DNA of 64,000 nt from Ignavibacteriales bacterium (lineage in GTDB: Bacteria > Bacteroidota > Ignavibacteria > UBA10030 > UBA6906), in NCBI GenBank assembly GCA_037441705.1, contig JBBIRR010000001.1, positions 128,001 through 192,000 on the forward strand, read 5' to 3'. The notes below the pieces were generated by a model. The model was not told the DNA's origin. It did no database searches and saw only the letters and a program-made list of their open reading frames with translations. Made by a program: the position numbers and the translations under genes. Positions 10,201 to 19,006 of the stretch are shown piece by piece; the first letter of the stretch is position 1, and every line of letters begins with the position of its first letter.

Positions 10201-10413
10201 ATAGCCGTCGTAGCGATTGAGGCCATCCTGCGTACCAAACCAGAGATAGCCCAACGCATCCTGCACGATGGCATTGACCGTGGATTGCGACAGCTCCTGC
10301 TCCTGCGCGAGATGATCAAACTTCACGTGGGTCGGCTGTGCAAGCGACACGCGGGCAATCGTCACCGCCATCACGAACGGGGAGATATGTCGGCGCAATG
10401 ATGGCACTGTCAC
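7270..10413 (-). CDS. Membrane sensor histidine kinase: Reg_prop beta-propellers, Y_Y_Y domain, TM, HisKA_3, HATPase
   Basis: Many 'ED..G.LWIGT..GGLNRFD' repeats; YLYKLEG...YTNLDPGEY; PPYWRTWWF; IATDLHDDIGS; KEAVNNIIRHA; DDGKGF. Start codon uncertain. Confidence 0.93.
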   Translation of the reverse strand: MTVPSLRRHISPFVMAVTIARVSLAQPTHVKFDHLAQEQELSQSTVNAIVQDALGYLWFGTQDGLNRYDGYSITVFKHSISDTNTIADNSIWCLLSDSRGDLWVGTLRGGAERFILSENRFVHHMHNPRDPTTISENNVTSLFEDSEQTIWLGTLNNGLNRYDRRTNRFTRYRYDANDTLSLSNNTVWSICEDAQHNLWVATWRGLCRMSLKDPAARFQRYTHNPSDPRSLGGDNIRVVYVDHAGTLWVGTWGAGLDRFDRRTQSFRHYTHDSADPNSIASNLILSIEEDARGILWVGTGDAGLCLYMPSTDSFVRYTHDPHNPNSLNNNIVSALCEDRAGTMWIGTGAGGVNMVDWRRDRFRHYRDALNNPNDMHGNDVWAILEDARGELWIGTYGSGLNRFDRSRQKVVNYKHNPARPRSLSHNNVLSLCETADGSIWIGTEGGGLNRFDRASGTFTHYRRRPGTRTGLSHDEITALLADRRGNLWIGNNGGSIDRLDLRTNTIIHYPSDEDSPAALAGTSIMCIYEDRRGTIWIGSLGGGLHRYVHEKDSFVRYLPSATPNAGLNNNTVLSIYQDDAGVLWIGTYGGGLNRFHPSEGTFTYYTQRDGLPNDVVYGILPDDRGNLWLSTNKGISKFTPATGVFRNYDVKDGLQGNEFNQGAHFRSARGELFFGGLNGFNAFFPDSIRDNDYVPPVYLTSFRVFDTPLRLPKALAATTHITLSHNENFFSFEFVALNFISPEKNRYLYKLEGLDRDWIVASASRRYAGYTNLDPGEYVLRVKGSNNDGVWNEHGVALTITITPPYWRTWWFRMLAAVVLIGLLYAMYRYRVNKLLEIERIRSSIATDLHDDIGSTLTEIALYSDVGLRELRAKGVHKGDAGIARVEALLEDIGSTSRGLIDAMNDIVWAVDPKNDSFEFLLLRMKTHAARMLDAKGINYEIDIPEALSHLRLPLGFRRRFYLIFKEAVNNIIRHAHASRVLLTIRQEGRALVMTIVDDGKGFDVAHVSEGNGLSNMRKRAESLDGELVLTSSPGKGTTVKLKARIP

Positions 10414-10450
10414 GACCCAACGTAGAAAGGTTTTCCGAGAAACTCAAGCT

Positions 10451-10478
10451 TTGCTCCTCCGCTCCTTTTTTGTATCTT
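10451..10478 (+). promoter_or_regulatory. Candidate sigma70 promoter of the HAD-lhgO unit
   Basis: TTGCTC-16 nt-TATCTT about 30 nt before ATG 10511. Confidence 0.45.
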
Positions 10479-10510
10479 CTTTACCAACTTCATCAGAACA
10501 TCGCGAGAAC

Positions 10511-11443
10511 ATGCCCGTCTCCCCCAAGCTCGAGTCCATCCTGCTGCGCGCCGCTGAGGCTGCGGATGAAGCTCCCACCGCCGTGTTCGACTGCGACGGA
10601 ACCATCATCCAAGGCGACATCGGCGAAGCGATGTTGTACTATCAGATCGAACACTTTCTCTTGCGCGTCGACCCCGCCAACGTCTGGCTCGATCATCCCC
10701 GGCGCGAAGAACTCAGTACGCTGTACACGCTGCTCGCAGCCCTGCCGCCCGACCGGCGTATGCAGGACCGCCGCTTCGTGTCGTTTGCCGAAATGGTGGT
10801 GGAATGGTATTTCGATCAGCTTCAGGAAGGAAAGACGGAGAAAGCCTGCAGCGACATCGTGCGGCTGTTTGCCCGCTTCAGCGAGCAGGAGGTACATGAG
10901 ATTGCCGCGGCCACGATGCGCGAAGAGCTTGCATCACCTCTCACCGTGAGAAGGTTCGGCAGATTCACCGTGCCCAAAGGCGTGCGGTATATCGCAGAGG
11001 CGGTGGAGCTGTTGAAGGAGTTGCAACGTGCAGGCTTCGAGATCTGGGCCGTCTCGGGAAGCAATACGTGGAGCGTGCGCGAGGTGTTCGAACCACTCGG
11101 CGTGCCGCGGGACCATATCATCGGCATCGACCTTCAGGTCGCCAGCAATGTGTTCAGCGCAAAGGTCCGAACGCCCGTTCCGGTCCTCGAGGGGAAGGTG
11201 CACGCGCTGCAACGTGCCGGCGCGGCTGCTCCGCTGATTGTCGTCAGCGACTCCTTCTACGATCTGCCGTTGTTTGCGTACGCGAAGGAATTGAAAATCT
11301 TGATCAACTCGCGGATGGAAACCTCCTATACGTTTTTCAAGGAGAGCAACATCGTGCAGGATGAGACGTGGATGGTTGTCGAGAAGCCCACGCTGCTGCA
11401 CGACGTGCCGATTATCCCAACACTGAAAGAACACCATGGCTGA
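10511..11443 (+). CDS. HAD-superfamily hydrolase (phosphoserine phosphatase-like, type IB)
   Basis: Motif I FDCDGT, motif II VSGS, Lys in EGKV, motif IV SDSFYD. Start taken at MPVSPK. Confidence 0.85.
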   Translation: MPVSPKLESILLRAAEAADEAPTAVFDCDGTIIQGDIGEAMLYYQIEHFLLRVDPANVWLDHPRREELSTLYTLLAALPPDRRMQDRRFVSFAEMVVEWYFDQLQEGKTEKACSDIVRLFARFSEQEVHEIAAATMREELASPLTVRRFGRFTVPKGVRYIAEAVELLKELQRAGFEIWAVSGSNTWSVREVFEPLGVPRDHIIGIDLQVASNVFSAKVRTPVPVLEGKVHALQRAGAAAPLIVVSDSFYDLPLFAYAKELKILINSRMETSYTFFKESNIVQDETWMVVEKPTLLHDVPIIPTLKEHHG

Positions 11444-12551
11444 CGTCGCCGTGACCGTGATCGGCGGCGGAGTCGTGGGCCTTGCCATCGCCGCCGAACT
11501 TGCCCCAAGGTACTCCCCTCTCTTCCTTCTGGAACGGCGCGACAGATGCGGCACGGAAACCTCCAGCCGCAACAGTGAAGTGATCCACGCGGGCATCTAC
11601 TACCCGCACGGCTCGCTCAAAGCCCGTCTGTGCATCGAAGGAAAGCGCCTCCTGTACGAGCTGTGCGCGAAGCACAACATTCCCCACCGACGCGTCACCA
11701 AAATCATCACCGCCACAACACCTGAAGAGCTTTCTCGCCTTGAGGCGCTCTACGATCACGGACGCAAGAACGGCGTTGAGCTTGAACTCCTGTCTGCCGT
11801 GCAGGTGCACGCGCTCGAACCCAACATCGCTTCGCTCGGCGGAATCTTCTCTCCCTCCACGGGCATCATCAGCGCCCACGGACTGATGGACTATTTCTCC
11901 TTCACGGCCCGACGCTTCGGTGCTGAGATTCTCACGCGGCGCACGGTGGTCGGCTTGCAGAAAAAGGACGGCGAGTTTGAAGTAACGGTGGACGAAGGCG
12001 GCAGCCGCACCTCGTTCACATCCGAGATCGTCGTCAACGCGGCGGGACTGGAGAGTGACACGATCGCCTCGCTCGCCGGCATCGACATTGATGCGGCGGG
12101 CTACAGGCTGCATCACTGCAAGGGAAGCTACTTTGTCGTCGCCAACGCTGCCAAGGCCGGACTGGTGAAGCGCCTTGTGTACCCCGTGCCGCCGCGGGAA
12201 TCGCTCGGCGTGCATGCACTGGTTGATTTGGGTGGGCGATTGAAATTCGGGCCGGATGTGGAGTATCTCGCAGATCGTTCGTACGATTACCGTGTGGACG
12301 AATCAAAGCGCGCTGCCTTTGCCGAGTCCGTGCGAAGAATTGTCCCGGCCATCGCCGAGGACGATCTCGCTCCCGACTACAGCGGCATCCGCCCCAAACT
12401 CCAGGCAAAGGGCGAGCCGGTGCGAGATTTTATCATCGTCCACGAAACAGAGCGCGGCCTTCACGGGCTGATCAATCTTATCGGTATCGAATCGCCCGGA
12501 TTGACTGCCTCGCCCGCCATCGCACAGTACGTGCGAAGACTTCTACAATAG
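11436..12551 (+). CDS. FAD-dependent oxidoreductase, L-2-hydroxyglutarate oxidase (LhgO)-like
   Basis: GGGVVGLA; TSSRNSEVIHAGIYY; KGSYF; FGPD; GIRPKL; GIESPGLTASPAIA. Confidence 0.9.
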   Translation: MADVAVTVIGGGVVGLAIAAELAPRYSPLFLLERRDRCGTETSSRNSEVIHAGIYYPHGSLKARLCIEGKRLLYELCAKHNIPHRRVTKIITATTPEELSRLEALYDHGRKNGVELELLSAVQVHALEPNIASLGGIFSPSTGIISAHGLMDYFSFTARRFGAEILTRRTVVGLQKKDGEFEVTVDEGGSRTSFTSEIVVNAAGLESDTIASLAGIDIDAAGYRLHHCKGSYFVVANAAKAGLVKRLVYPVPPRESLGVHALVDLGGRLKFGPDVEYLADRSYDYRVDESKRAAFAESVRRIVPAIAEDDLAPDYSGIRPKLQAKGEPVRDFIIVHETERGLHGLINLIGIESPGLTASPAIAQYVRRLLQ

Positions 12552-12561
12552 CCTTCGCATC

Positions 12562-12590
12562 TTGCAATCTTCACATTCAACTCTTAGATT
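12562..12590 (+). promoter_or_regulatory. Candidate sigma70 promoter
   Basis: TTGCAA-17 nt-TAGATT upstream of 12674. Confidence 0.55.
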
Positions 12591-12673
12591 CGTGGTGCCG
12601 GTCAGCAAGCATCTCACCATCCCGGTCTCCTTGCACTTCACCTGGTTCAATCACCAACCATCTTGGAGGGATT

Positions 12674-14158
12674 ATGAAACGATCCATTTTCGTGGCCGTT
12701 CTCACGGTGGGCGCGCTGTCCATTGCCCGGAGTCAGGACTATGTCCTCTACATTGTGCCCTCGGCCTACGACGTTCCGTATACGCTGAATCTGTTCGGGA
12801 CGGACGTGTCCGTGTTGAAACGGCCGCAGTTTTCCCATCAGTCAGCACGGATGATGGGTCTGCCTCCGGCTTTTCGCGGATTGATTGCCGACCCGCTCTC
12901 GGATTGGTTCCGCAATCCTGCATATGGTGTCGAAGCGAACTCGCTTCAGTTGTACGGCTTCGGCAATGATGCGAGCATGATTCTGGCTGGGACATTCATA
13001 CCGGTTGACCGGAGCACCTTCGGTATGTTCGTATCTGCTGCTGCCGCCTCTGACCGCTCGTCGGGAAGTTCCTCAATATCTTCAGTGTCGTCTTCTACAC
13101 CACCTCTCATCTCTTCGGGTAACCAAGCAACAAATGAGGTGACAAACTCGATGGAGGCAATCGCACTATATCGCTTTCAGGTCGAAGAGGATCTTGCCCT
13201 TGGTTTTGGCTATCAATTCTCGAGAAACAAATCCGACGGAACCATCAATTTCTCCCAGTTTAGTTCCCGAATCCAGAACAACCAACTCTCCGAGCGAACG
13301 TGGACTACACGCACAACCAATCACATAGCCACTCTTGGTCTTCAGCTCCATGGAGCAGTGACGCAGTTCGCTCTACGGCTGGGATTAGCCCGAACGACGC
13401 CGACACTCGGCCAAACAACCCGATACAGTTCAACGTATCCTTCGAACCGTACTGAAGACCTGTCGCATCTCTCCAATGACGTGCGCACGACCGGCCTATT
13501 CGGTGGCATCGAATACACTTTCCCCCTCAATGGCAGGTGGAAGGTCCATACGCTTGCGGAGGTAGTTCACACAAGCTATGAAGCACCGGGGGCTCGTCTC
13601 TTTGAATCCGCTTTCGGCGACACCATCTTCCGATCAATCCTAACCGTGCGTGGAAACCAATCCGTGAGTGGAAAAATCTTCGACGTGCGAGTCGGAGGTG
13701 TCGCAGAACGACCGATAGGCAGCAACCTCACTATGTTCTTGGGCGTGGTAGCGGGCTACATCAAGAACACATCTGATCAAAGCGAGAGTGCGATAAAGGT
13801 TGAGCTAACGGGAATGCCAGGAATCGTTACGACCGAAAACACCGCGCTCAGCATCACGACCGAAGGATTCAGCATTCAGTTGCCGCTGGGCGCAGAGTAC
13901 GCTTTCTCGAAGGTGTTGACATTTCGCGGAGGCGTGATGCCTCAATACCTGTCTGTGCGCAGGAAGTGGGATAGGGTTCGTACGGAACCATCATCGTCCT
14001 TGTCCTTTCTCGTCAACACCACGGACAAATCGCTCAAGTTCCTCACAACAATGGGGCTGTCGCTTCGCGATGAGGAGATAGGAGAGATGCACTTATCGTA
14101 TGGGGTGAGTGAATCGGGCGTACGGGCGTGGTCTCTTTCGGCGCGCTACATTCCTTAA
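12674..14158 (+). CDS. Hypothetical exported protein, probable outer-membrane beta-barrel
   Basis: GGAGG RBS; signal peptide; an 'NPA' motif; alternating amphipathic Ser/Thr-rich strands; terminal strand WSLSARYIP. Confidence 0.6.
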   Translation: MKRSIFVAVLTVGALSIARSQDYVLYIVPSAYDVPYTLNLFGTDVSVLKRPQFSHQSARMMGLPPAFRGLIADPLSDWFRNPAYGVEANSLQLYGFGNDASMILAGTFIPVDRSTFGMFVSAAAASDRSSGSSSISSVSSSTPPLISSGNQATNEVTNSMEAIALYRFQVEEDLALGFGYQFSRNKSDGTINFSQFSSRIQNNQLSERTWTTRTTNHIATLGLQLHGAVTQFALRLGLARTTPTLGQTTRYSSTYPSNRTEDLSHLSNDVRTTGLFGGIEYTFPLNGRWKVHTLAEVVHTSYEAPGARLFESAFGDTIFRSILTVRGNQSVSGKIFDVRVGGVAERPIGSNLTMFLGVVAGYIKNTSDQSESAIKVELTGMPGIVTTENTALSITTEGFSIQLPLGAEYAFSKVLTFRGGVMPQYLSVRRKWDRVRTEPSSSLSFLVNTTDKSLKFLTTMGLSLRDEEIGEMHLSYGVSESGVRAWSLSARYIP

Positions 14159-14188
14159 TCGCAGCGTGCCATCAACCAATGACGCTGT

Positions 14189-14218
14189 GAAGCAGCCCGC
14201 GCGGGCTGCTTCCCTTTT
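14189..14218. terminator. Intrinsic terminator between convergent genes
   Basis: Perfect 24-nt palindrome GAAGCAGCCCGCGCGGGCTGCTTC followed by CCTTTT. Confidence 0.75.
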
Positions 14219-14696
14219 ACTTCCTTTCGTAATATCCCGTGACGCTCGCTTCGGCAACGACCTTCCCTTCGAGATGATTGAGAAACACGCGCAGCGATGT
14301 GCTGATGCCAAGCTTCAGCGTCTCCACATTCAGCGCATAAAGCGTTGCCACATACGGATGCTGCCCTGACCCGCGCGGCGGCGCAGGCCCGCCGTAGCCC
14401 ATCTCGTTGAAACTGTTGATCAGTTCTTTCGCACCCGGCGGCAGGGACTTGCTTCTGGAAGCACCTTCGACCAGCTTCCGCGTACTGAACGGAATGTTGA
14501 TGAGCAACCAGTGAATCCAGTTGTTCGCCACGGGATGAGGATCAATGATGCTGAGCGCGAAGGATTTCGTTGTCGGAGGCGGATCACTCCACTCAAAGCC
14601 CGGCGAGATGTTGCGCCCTCCTACGACCGTCGTGTGACAATGCTTGGTGGGAATCATTTCCTTGTCTTTGTACGAAAGACACTCGAGTTTGAACAT
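14217..14696 (-). CDS. YbhB/YbcL family (PEBP/Raf-kinase-inhibitor-like) protein
   Basis: NISP...WS...SFAL..IDP...WIHW..INIP; GYGGPAPPRGSGQHPY...LYAL. Start at MFKLEC, with AGGAG RBS. Confidence 0.88.
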   Translation of the reverse strand: MFKLECLSYKDKEMIPTKHCHTTVVGGRNISPGFEWSDPPPTTKSFALSIIDPHPVANNWIHWLLINIPFSTRKLVEGASRSKSLPPGAKELINSFNEMGYGGPAPPRGSGQHPYVATLYALNVETLKLGISTSLRVFLNHLEGKVVAEASVTGYYERK

Positions 14697-14880
14697 ATCG
14701 ACTCCTGATCTGAATGCGAGGATTGGCTTTGAGAAAAATGTACGGCGTCCTTCTGGTGATGTCAACACACAGAGCCACAAAATCGTGCCACGAACGCGAC
14801 GGCATCAAGGATACGAGAAAAAATGCGAACCCGACGGCAGCACCGGCGCCGTTTTCAGGCATCAAACGCACGCATCCACC

Positions 14881-15654
14881 TCAGATCACTCCAATCCCTA
14901 ACAGCGCAGCCATCAGAAAGAGAAGGGCCGCAACAAGCGTCTGCACTGTCTTCATGGTCACCTTCGCAACGAGGCGACTCCCTACGAAGGCACCGAGGAA
15001 CGCACTCAGCGTTGCAATCACGAGCAGCAAGGTGTTCTCACGCAACCCGCCGATGGTCAGGTGACGCACATACACGCCCAGCCGCGTCACATCAATCATG
15101 CAGGCGATGACCACACCGGTGGCAATGAAGCCCTCTTTGGAGAGTCCCGCGCGTACAAGGAATGCGCTGCGCAGTGCGCCCTGATGCCCGGAGAGTCCGC
15201 CGAAGAATCCGCTGAGCACGCCGCCAAGCGGAAGGTATCTGGGACTGAACTGAAGAGATTGCAGCGAGGGCAGACTCTCTAAGAGAGCAAAGCCTGCAAT
15301 GAGACCCGCCATGAGAAGTTTTATGGGTATGATGGAAAACGTCCTGCCGAATGCCGTATATGTGAGAAGCGGCTCGCTTTCGGAAATGATAAACAGCAGA
15401 GCTGCGCCTGCAAAGGCTGCAAGAATCGCCGGCAGGCCGAAGCGAAGCACCACGCCCATGTTTGCATGCCGACCGAGAAGGCCGAGCTTGAAGAGATTAT
15501 TGAGGAAGTGCACAATCGCCGTCATCGCAACGGCAAGCTCGGCCGGAAAGAAGACAAGAAACGCCGGCAGCAGCAACGTGCCGAGTCCGAATCCGGAGAA
15601 CAGCGTCAGGCCGGAAGTCAGCAGCGCTACAAGAGGAACGACCACATACTCCAT
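14881..15654 (-). CDS. TauE/SafE (TSUP) family membrane protein
   Basis: Multiple TM helices; SGFGLG; GFFGGLSGHQGALR. Confidence 0.85.
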   Translation of the reverse strand: MEYVVVPLVALLTSGLTLFSGFGLGTLLLPAFLVFFPAELAVAMTAIVHFLNNLFKLGLLGRHANMGVVLRFGLPAILAAFAGAALLFIISESEPLLTYTAFGRTFSIIPIKLLMAGLIAGFALLESLPSLQSLQFSPRYLPLGGVLSGFFGGLSGHQGALRSAFLVRAGLSKEGFIATGVVIACMIDVTRLGVYVRHLTIGGLRENTLLLVIATLSAFLGAFVGSRLVAKVTMKTVQTLVAALLFLMAALLGIGVI

Positions 15655-15684
15655 TCTTATCCTTTTCTTCGCGTCTTCATGTGA

Positions 15685-16401
15685 CTATCCGGTTGCTTTC
15701 AACAGCCAGCGGACGAAGGGCATGGTGTCGAGAAAAATGCCGGCGACGGTGTCGGCAAATTTTCTCGAGTAGCACGGCGACTCGTCCTCCCACTCCACAC
15801 CAACATAGAATTGTTTGTGTTTGAGATGCTCAATCATCGGATGATCTTTCGGAAAGCCGAGCGGTGCCTTCTGCAGCTTCTCGCCCTGAATGGCGCCGAA
15901 CCGCCGTATGAAGCGCCTGTCCTCCACAACGACAAGAAACTCCTCGGGCCGCTCGACGATGGCTGCGCGGATAGCCTTCAACTGGTCGCCCGACGGCATG
16001 TACAATCCGCCGCCTACGAAAATCTCTCCCGGCTCAACACCAACATACAGTCCCGGATACTCGATTCCCTTGCCCACCCCGCGCGGCTGGAAGGACGCGG
16101 CAATGTTCGTCTTATAGGGCGCTTTGTTCTTGCTGAAGCGAACATCGCGATGAATGCGAAAGATCGAGCGGCGCGGATTGAACTCCATCTCCGGAATCTC
16201 ATCGCGCAGCATCCGCGCCAGCGTCGCAATCAGGCACTGCATCGGAAAGCGCACGTTCTGCTCATACTCCGATTTGTGCCGTTGAAACCACGGACGGTTG
16301 TTGTTCCTCTTCAGCTTGCGCAGAAACTCGATGCCGCTTTTGGGAAATCCCTCGAACGGTGGGAAGACGTCCTCATCGATCGGATGTGGGTATGCCATCA
16401 T
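15685..16401 (-). CDS. DUF2461 (TIGR02453) protein
   Basis: FL..LK.NNNRPWF...FRIHRDVRFSKNKAPYK. Confidence 0.9.
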   Translation of the reverse strand: MMAYPHPIDEDVFPPFEGFPKSGIEFLRKLKRNNNRPWFQRHKSEYEQNVRFPMQCLIATLARMLRDEIPEMEFNPRRSIFRIHRDVRFSKNKAPYKTNIAASFQPRGVGKGIEYPGLYVGVEPGEIFVGGGLYMPSGDQLKAIRAAIVERPEEFLVVVEDRRFIRRFGAIQGEKLQKAPLGFPKDHPMIEHLKHKQFYVGVEWEDESPCYSRKFADTVAGIFLDTMPFVRWLLKATG

Positions 16402-16446
16402 GCATTCTCTTTTTGCAGGAACGTCACAGGCGGATGTACGAATTCA

Positions 16447-18510
16447 TCATTTCCGGAACACAAGATTCCGCACCAACTTCGTCATGTCATAGGGTGCCGG
16501 CTCGCCGCCGAGGTAGCGGTGGAACCAGTCGAGATGCGCGTTGTAGTACAGAGGCATGGACTTCACATGACTGGGCCAGTGGCCGTCATTCTTGAACACG
16601 ATCAAACGCGAAGGGACGCCCATCTTTTGCAGGCCGGTGAAGAACTCGAGACTCTGCGTGTAGGGCACGCGATAATCTTGTTCACCCGTAATGACAAGGC
16701 ACGGCGTCTTGAAGTTCTTGACGTAATTGTTCGGAGAAAGTTTCTGGTAGAGGTCGGACGTCCAGGGCGTTCCGCCGAGATCCCATTCCGGAAACCACAA
16801 CTCTTCCGTCGCGCCATACATCGCCGTGAGATTGTACACGCCCATCATGCACGCGATTGCCTTGAAGCGATCGGTATTGCCTTCCAGCCACATCATCATG
16901 TAGCCGCCGTAGGACCAGCCCATCGCGCCCATGCGTCCGGCATCAACATACGGGAGTTTCGCCAGCGAGTCGGTCACGGCCATGACGTCCTGATACACTT
17001 TTCCGTTCCAGTCCTTGGAGATCGCCTCGGTAAAGGCCTGGCCGTACCCGGTGGAACCGTGGGGATTGGGAAATGCAACGATGTAGCCGGCACCGGGATA
17101 CACCTGCCAATCGCCGCGGAAGCCGTCGGTCCACTGCGACTGCGGGCCTCCGTGGACGTTGAGAATGAGCGGATATTTCTTCGTCGGATCAAAATTGTGC
17201 GGGGTAACGATGAACGTATGAATCAGTTTCCCGGTCGGCGACGGAATCCAGAGTTCTTGCGCGGGGCGAATATCAACCGCATCTGCTATCTCTTTATTGA
17301 AGAAGGTGAGCCGCTTCAGGTTCTTCCCGTCCGTATCAACACGCCACAGTTCTCGCGGTTCGCCCACGGAGCGTCGCACGAGGGCGATGGATTTCCCATC
17401 GGGCGAGATGGCGAACGCGTCGATGGTTCTCGCATTGATCACCTCTGTAATGCGCCCCGATGCGATGTCGACGCGGAAGAGCGGCACCGTTCCCTTCACG
17501 TCGGCAGTAAAGAAAATACTCTTTGAATCCGGCGCCCAGCGAAACCCGTTCACCCAGTAATCAAACGCGTCGGTCAGAACGCGAATGTTCTCCGTCTTCC
17601 GATCGTACAACGCGAGACGAAAGCGATCGGACTCGAAGCCGGGCACGGTTTGCATCCTGAAAGCGATGTACCTGCCGTCGGGCGAGTAGAGCGGATCGCC
17701 GTCGAACGCCCTGTTCGTCGCAGTGATGTTGCGCGGCGTGCCGCCCGCAACAGGCACAAGCCACAAATCCTTGTTCGTCGAGGAGGCTTCATCCGCATCG
17801 TGATTGGACGTGACACACAACTCGGATCCATCAGGCGAGAAGGCAAAGCCTTCACCACCAACCGACCAGGCGGGCCAGTCAAAGTCGCCCGGCGTGAGAT
17901 CGCGATAGCTCTTCGTATCGCGATCGAACAGGAAGGTGTGGGCTCGTTTTCCATCCTTCCAGAAATTCCAATGGCGGTACAACAATCTGTCGGCCATATG
18001 CGCTTGCACCGGACCGTCATCCAATCCCGATTGATTCTTCTTGTTGCAGGCGTCGTCGGCGCCGCATTCGGGAAAGACAAGCGACGAAAAGCCGATATGC
18101 CTTCCTGCCCATCGCACGTTGTCCGCCCCCATCGAAAAGCCGGTAAGCTGGACCGGCTCTCCGCCTTCGAGGGACATCAACCACGCCTGCGAGCCGTCCT
18201 TTCGATTCGATGTGAAGAGAATGGACATGCCATCCGGCGAGAACAAAGGCTTCGTGTCTGCCGCCGGATCGCTTGTCAGTCGCCGCACCTGACTTCCATC
18301 CGCGTTGATGAGATAGATGTCGGTATTGCTTTTGCCTTCCTCCAAAAAATCTTCCTTCACCGTGAAGACAATGCGTTTGCCGTCCGGAGAAAACTGTGGA
18401 TTCTCCACGGTCTTGATTTTGTAGAGATCGGCAATCGTGAAGGCGCGCTTTTGTGCCACGCCGCTCGCGGAAAGAACGAGCGTCAGGAGAATGATGCTAT
18501 AGGATTTCAT
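16447..18510 (-). CDS. S9 family peptidase (dipeptidyl/acylaminoacyl peptidase) with PD40 propeller
   Basis: Signal peptide; FSPDG repeats; HGGP; GWSYGG nucleophile; DYRV; DGHW. Confidence 0.93.
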   Translation of the reverse strand: MKSYSIILLTLVLSASGVAQKRAFTIADLYKIKTVENPQFSPDGKRIVFTVKEDFLEEGKSNTDIYLINADGSQVRRLTSDPAADTKPLFSPDGMSILFTSNRKDGSQAWLMSLEGGEPVQLTGFSMGADNVRWAGRHIGFSSLVFPECGADDACNKKNQSGLDDGPVQAHMADRLLYRHWNFWKDGKRAHTFLFDRDTKSYRDLTPGDFDWPAWSVGGEGFAFSPDGSELCVTSNHDADEASSTNKDLWLVPVAGGTPRNITATNRAFDGDPLYSPDGRYIAFRMQTVPGFESDRFRLALYDRKTENIRVLTDAFDYWVNGFRWAPDSKSIFFTADVKGTVPLFRVDIASGRITEVINARTIDAFAISPDGKSIALVRRSVGEPRELWRVDTDGKNLKRLTFFNKEIADAVDIRPAQELWIPSPTGKLIHTFIVTPHNFDPTKKYPLILNVHGGPQSQWTDGFRGDWQVYPGAGYIVAFPNPHGSTGYGQAFTEAISKDWNGKVYQDVMAVTDSLAKLPYVDAGRMGAMGWSYGGYMMMWLEGNTDRFKAIACMMGVYNLTAMYGATEELWFPEWDLGGTPWTSDLYQKLSPNNYVKNFKTPCLVITGEQDYRVPYTQSLEFFTGLQKMGVPSRLIVFKNDGHWPSHVKSMPLYYNAHLDWFHRYLGGEPAPYDMTKLVRNLVFRK

Positions 18511-18611
18511 CGTGTTTCCTCAGTGAGTTGGTAGAAGGTGGATGGAATTAGACCTGGACTCGCGGAGATGGCTCGACGTTCTCGGAGAAGGCATGAAACC
18601 GGCGCTGAGGA

Positions 18612-18998
18612 TTACGGGCCGCGCTCCAATCGTGCCTGCAGCCGCGTGGTGATAACGTGGCACTCATCCTTCGAGACGACAACGTTCGCCTGTGTCCACT
18701 CTCGGTATCCGGGCTTGCGCACGACAACCGTGTAGATGCCGGGCCGCTCAAACGCCCCGACCATCGTCAACGCACCCTGCGGCGGAAGGGTGGGAAACAC
18801 GCGCAGGGTGTCCACAAACAAACCCTCTTGCGCCAATCCGATGGCGCCTTCCGCGGCCGGTTCACCGGTGAGAGCATCTCGCACGTCTACCTCGATGCCG
18901 GCACGCGCTTCCGTCGTACAAATCCTTCCGGGAAGCCCGTCATCTTTGCAACTCGAAAACAGCACGACCGCCGCGAACAAAGCAGCACCCTTGCTCAT
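18612..18998 (-). CDS. Small lipoprotein with carboxypeptidase-regulatory-like fold
   Basis: Lipobox FSSC; PG.Y.V.V.KPGY; GGAGGGG RBS overlapping the tex stop. Confidence 0.65.
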   Translation of the reverse strand: MSKGAALFAAVVLFSSCKDDGLPGRICTTEARAGIEVDVRDALTGEPAAEGAIGLAQEGLFVDTLRVFPTLPPQGALTMVGAFERPGIYTVVVRKPGYREWTQANVVVSKDECHVITTRLQARLERGP

Positions 18999-19006
18999 TG
19001 CCCCTC

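Noticed and set aside
8500-10300. Repetitive sequence in the sensor kinase (also 34300-35150 and 51750-52930), considered as a CRISPR array or DNA repeat
   Set aside because: These are degenerate protein-level repeats (Reg_prop, Asp-box, FN3). There are no identical nucleotide repeats with spacers and no cas genes.
15811-17526. 571-aa plus-strand ORF, and similar shadows at 7216..8736, 5366..6697, 3631..4803, 19310..20479 and 26139..27182
   Set aside because: All are antisense to well-supported genes, Arg/His-rich, and without domain signatures.
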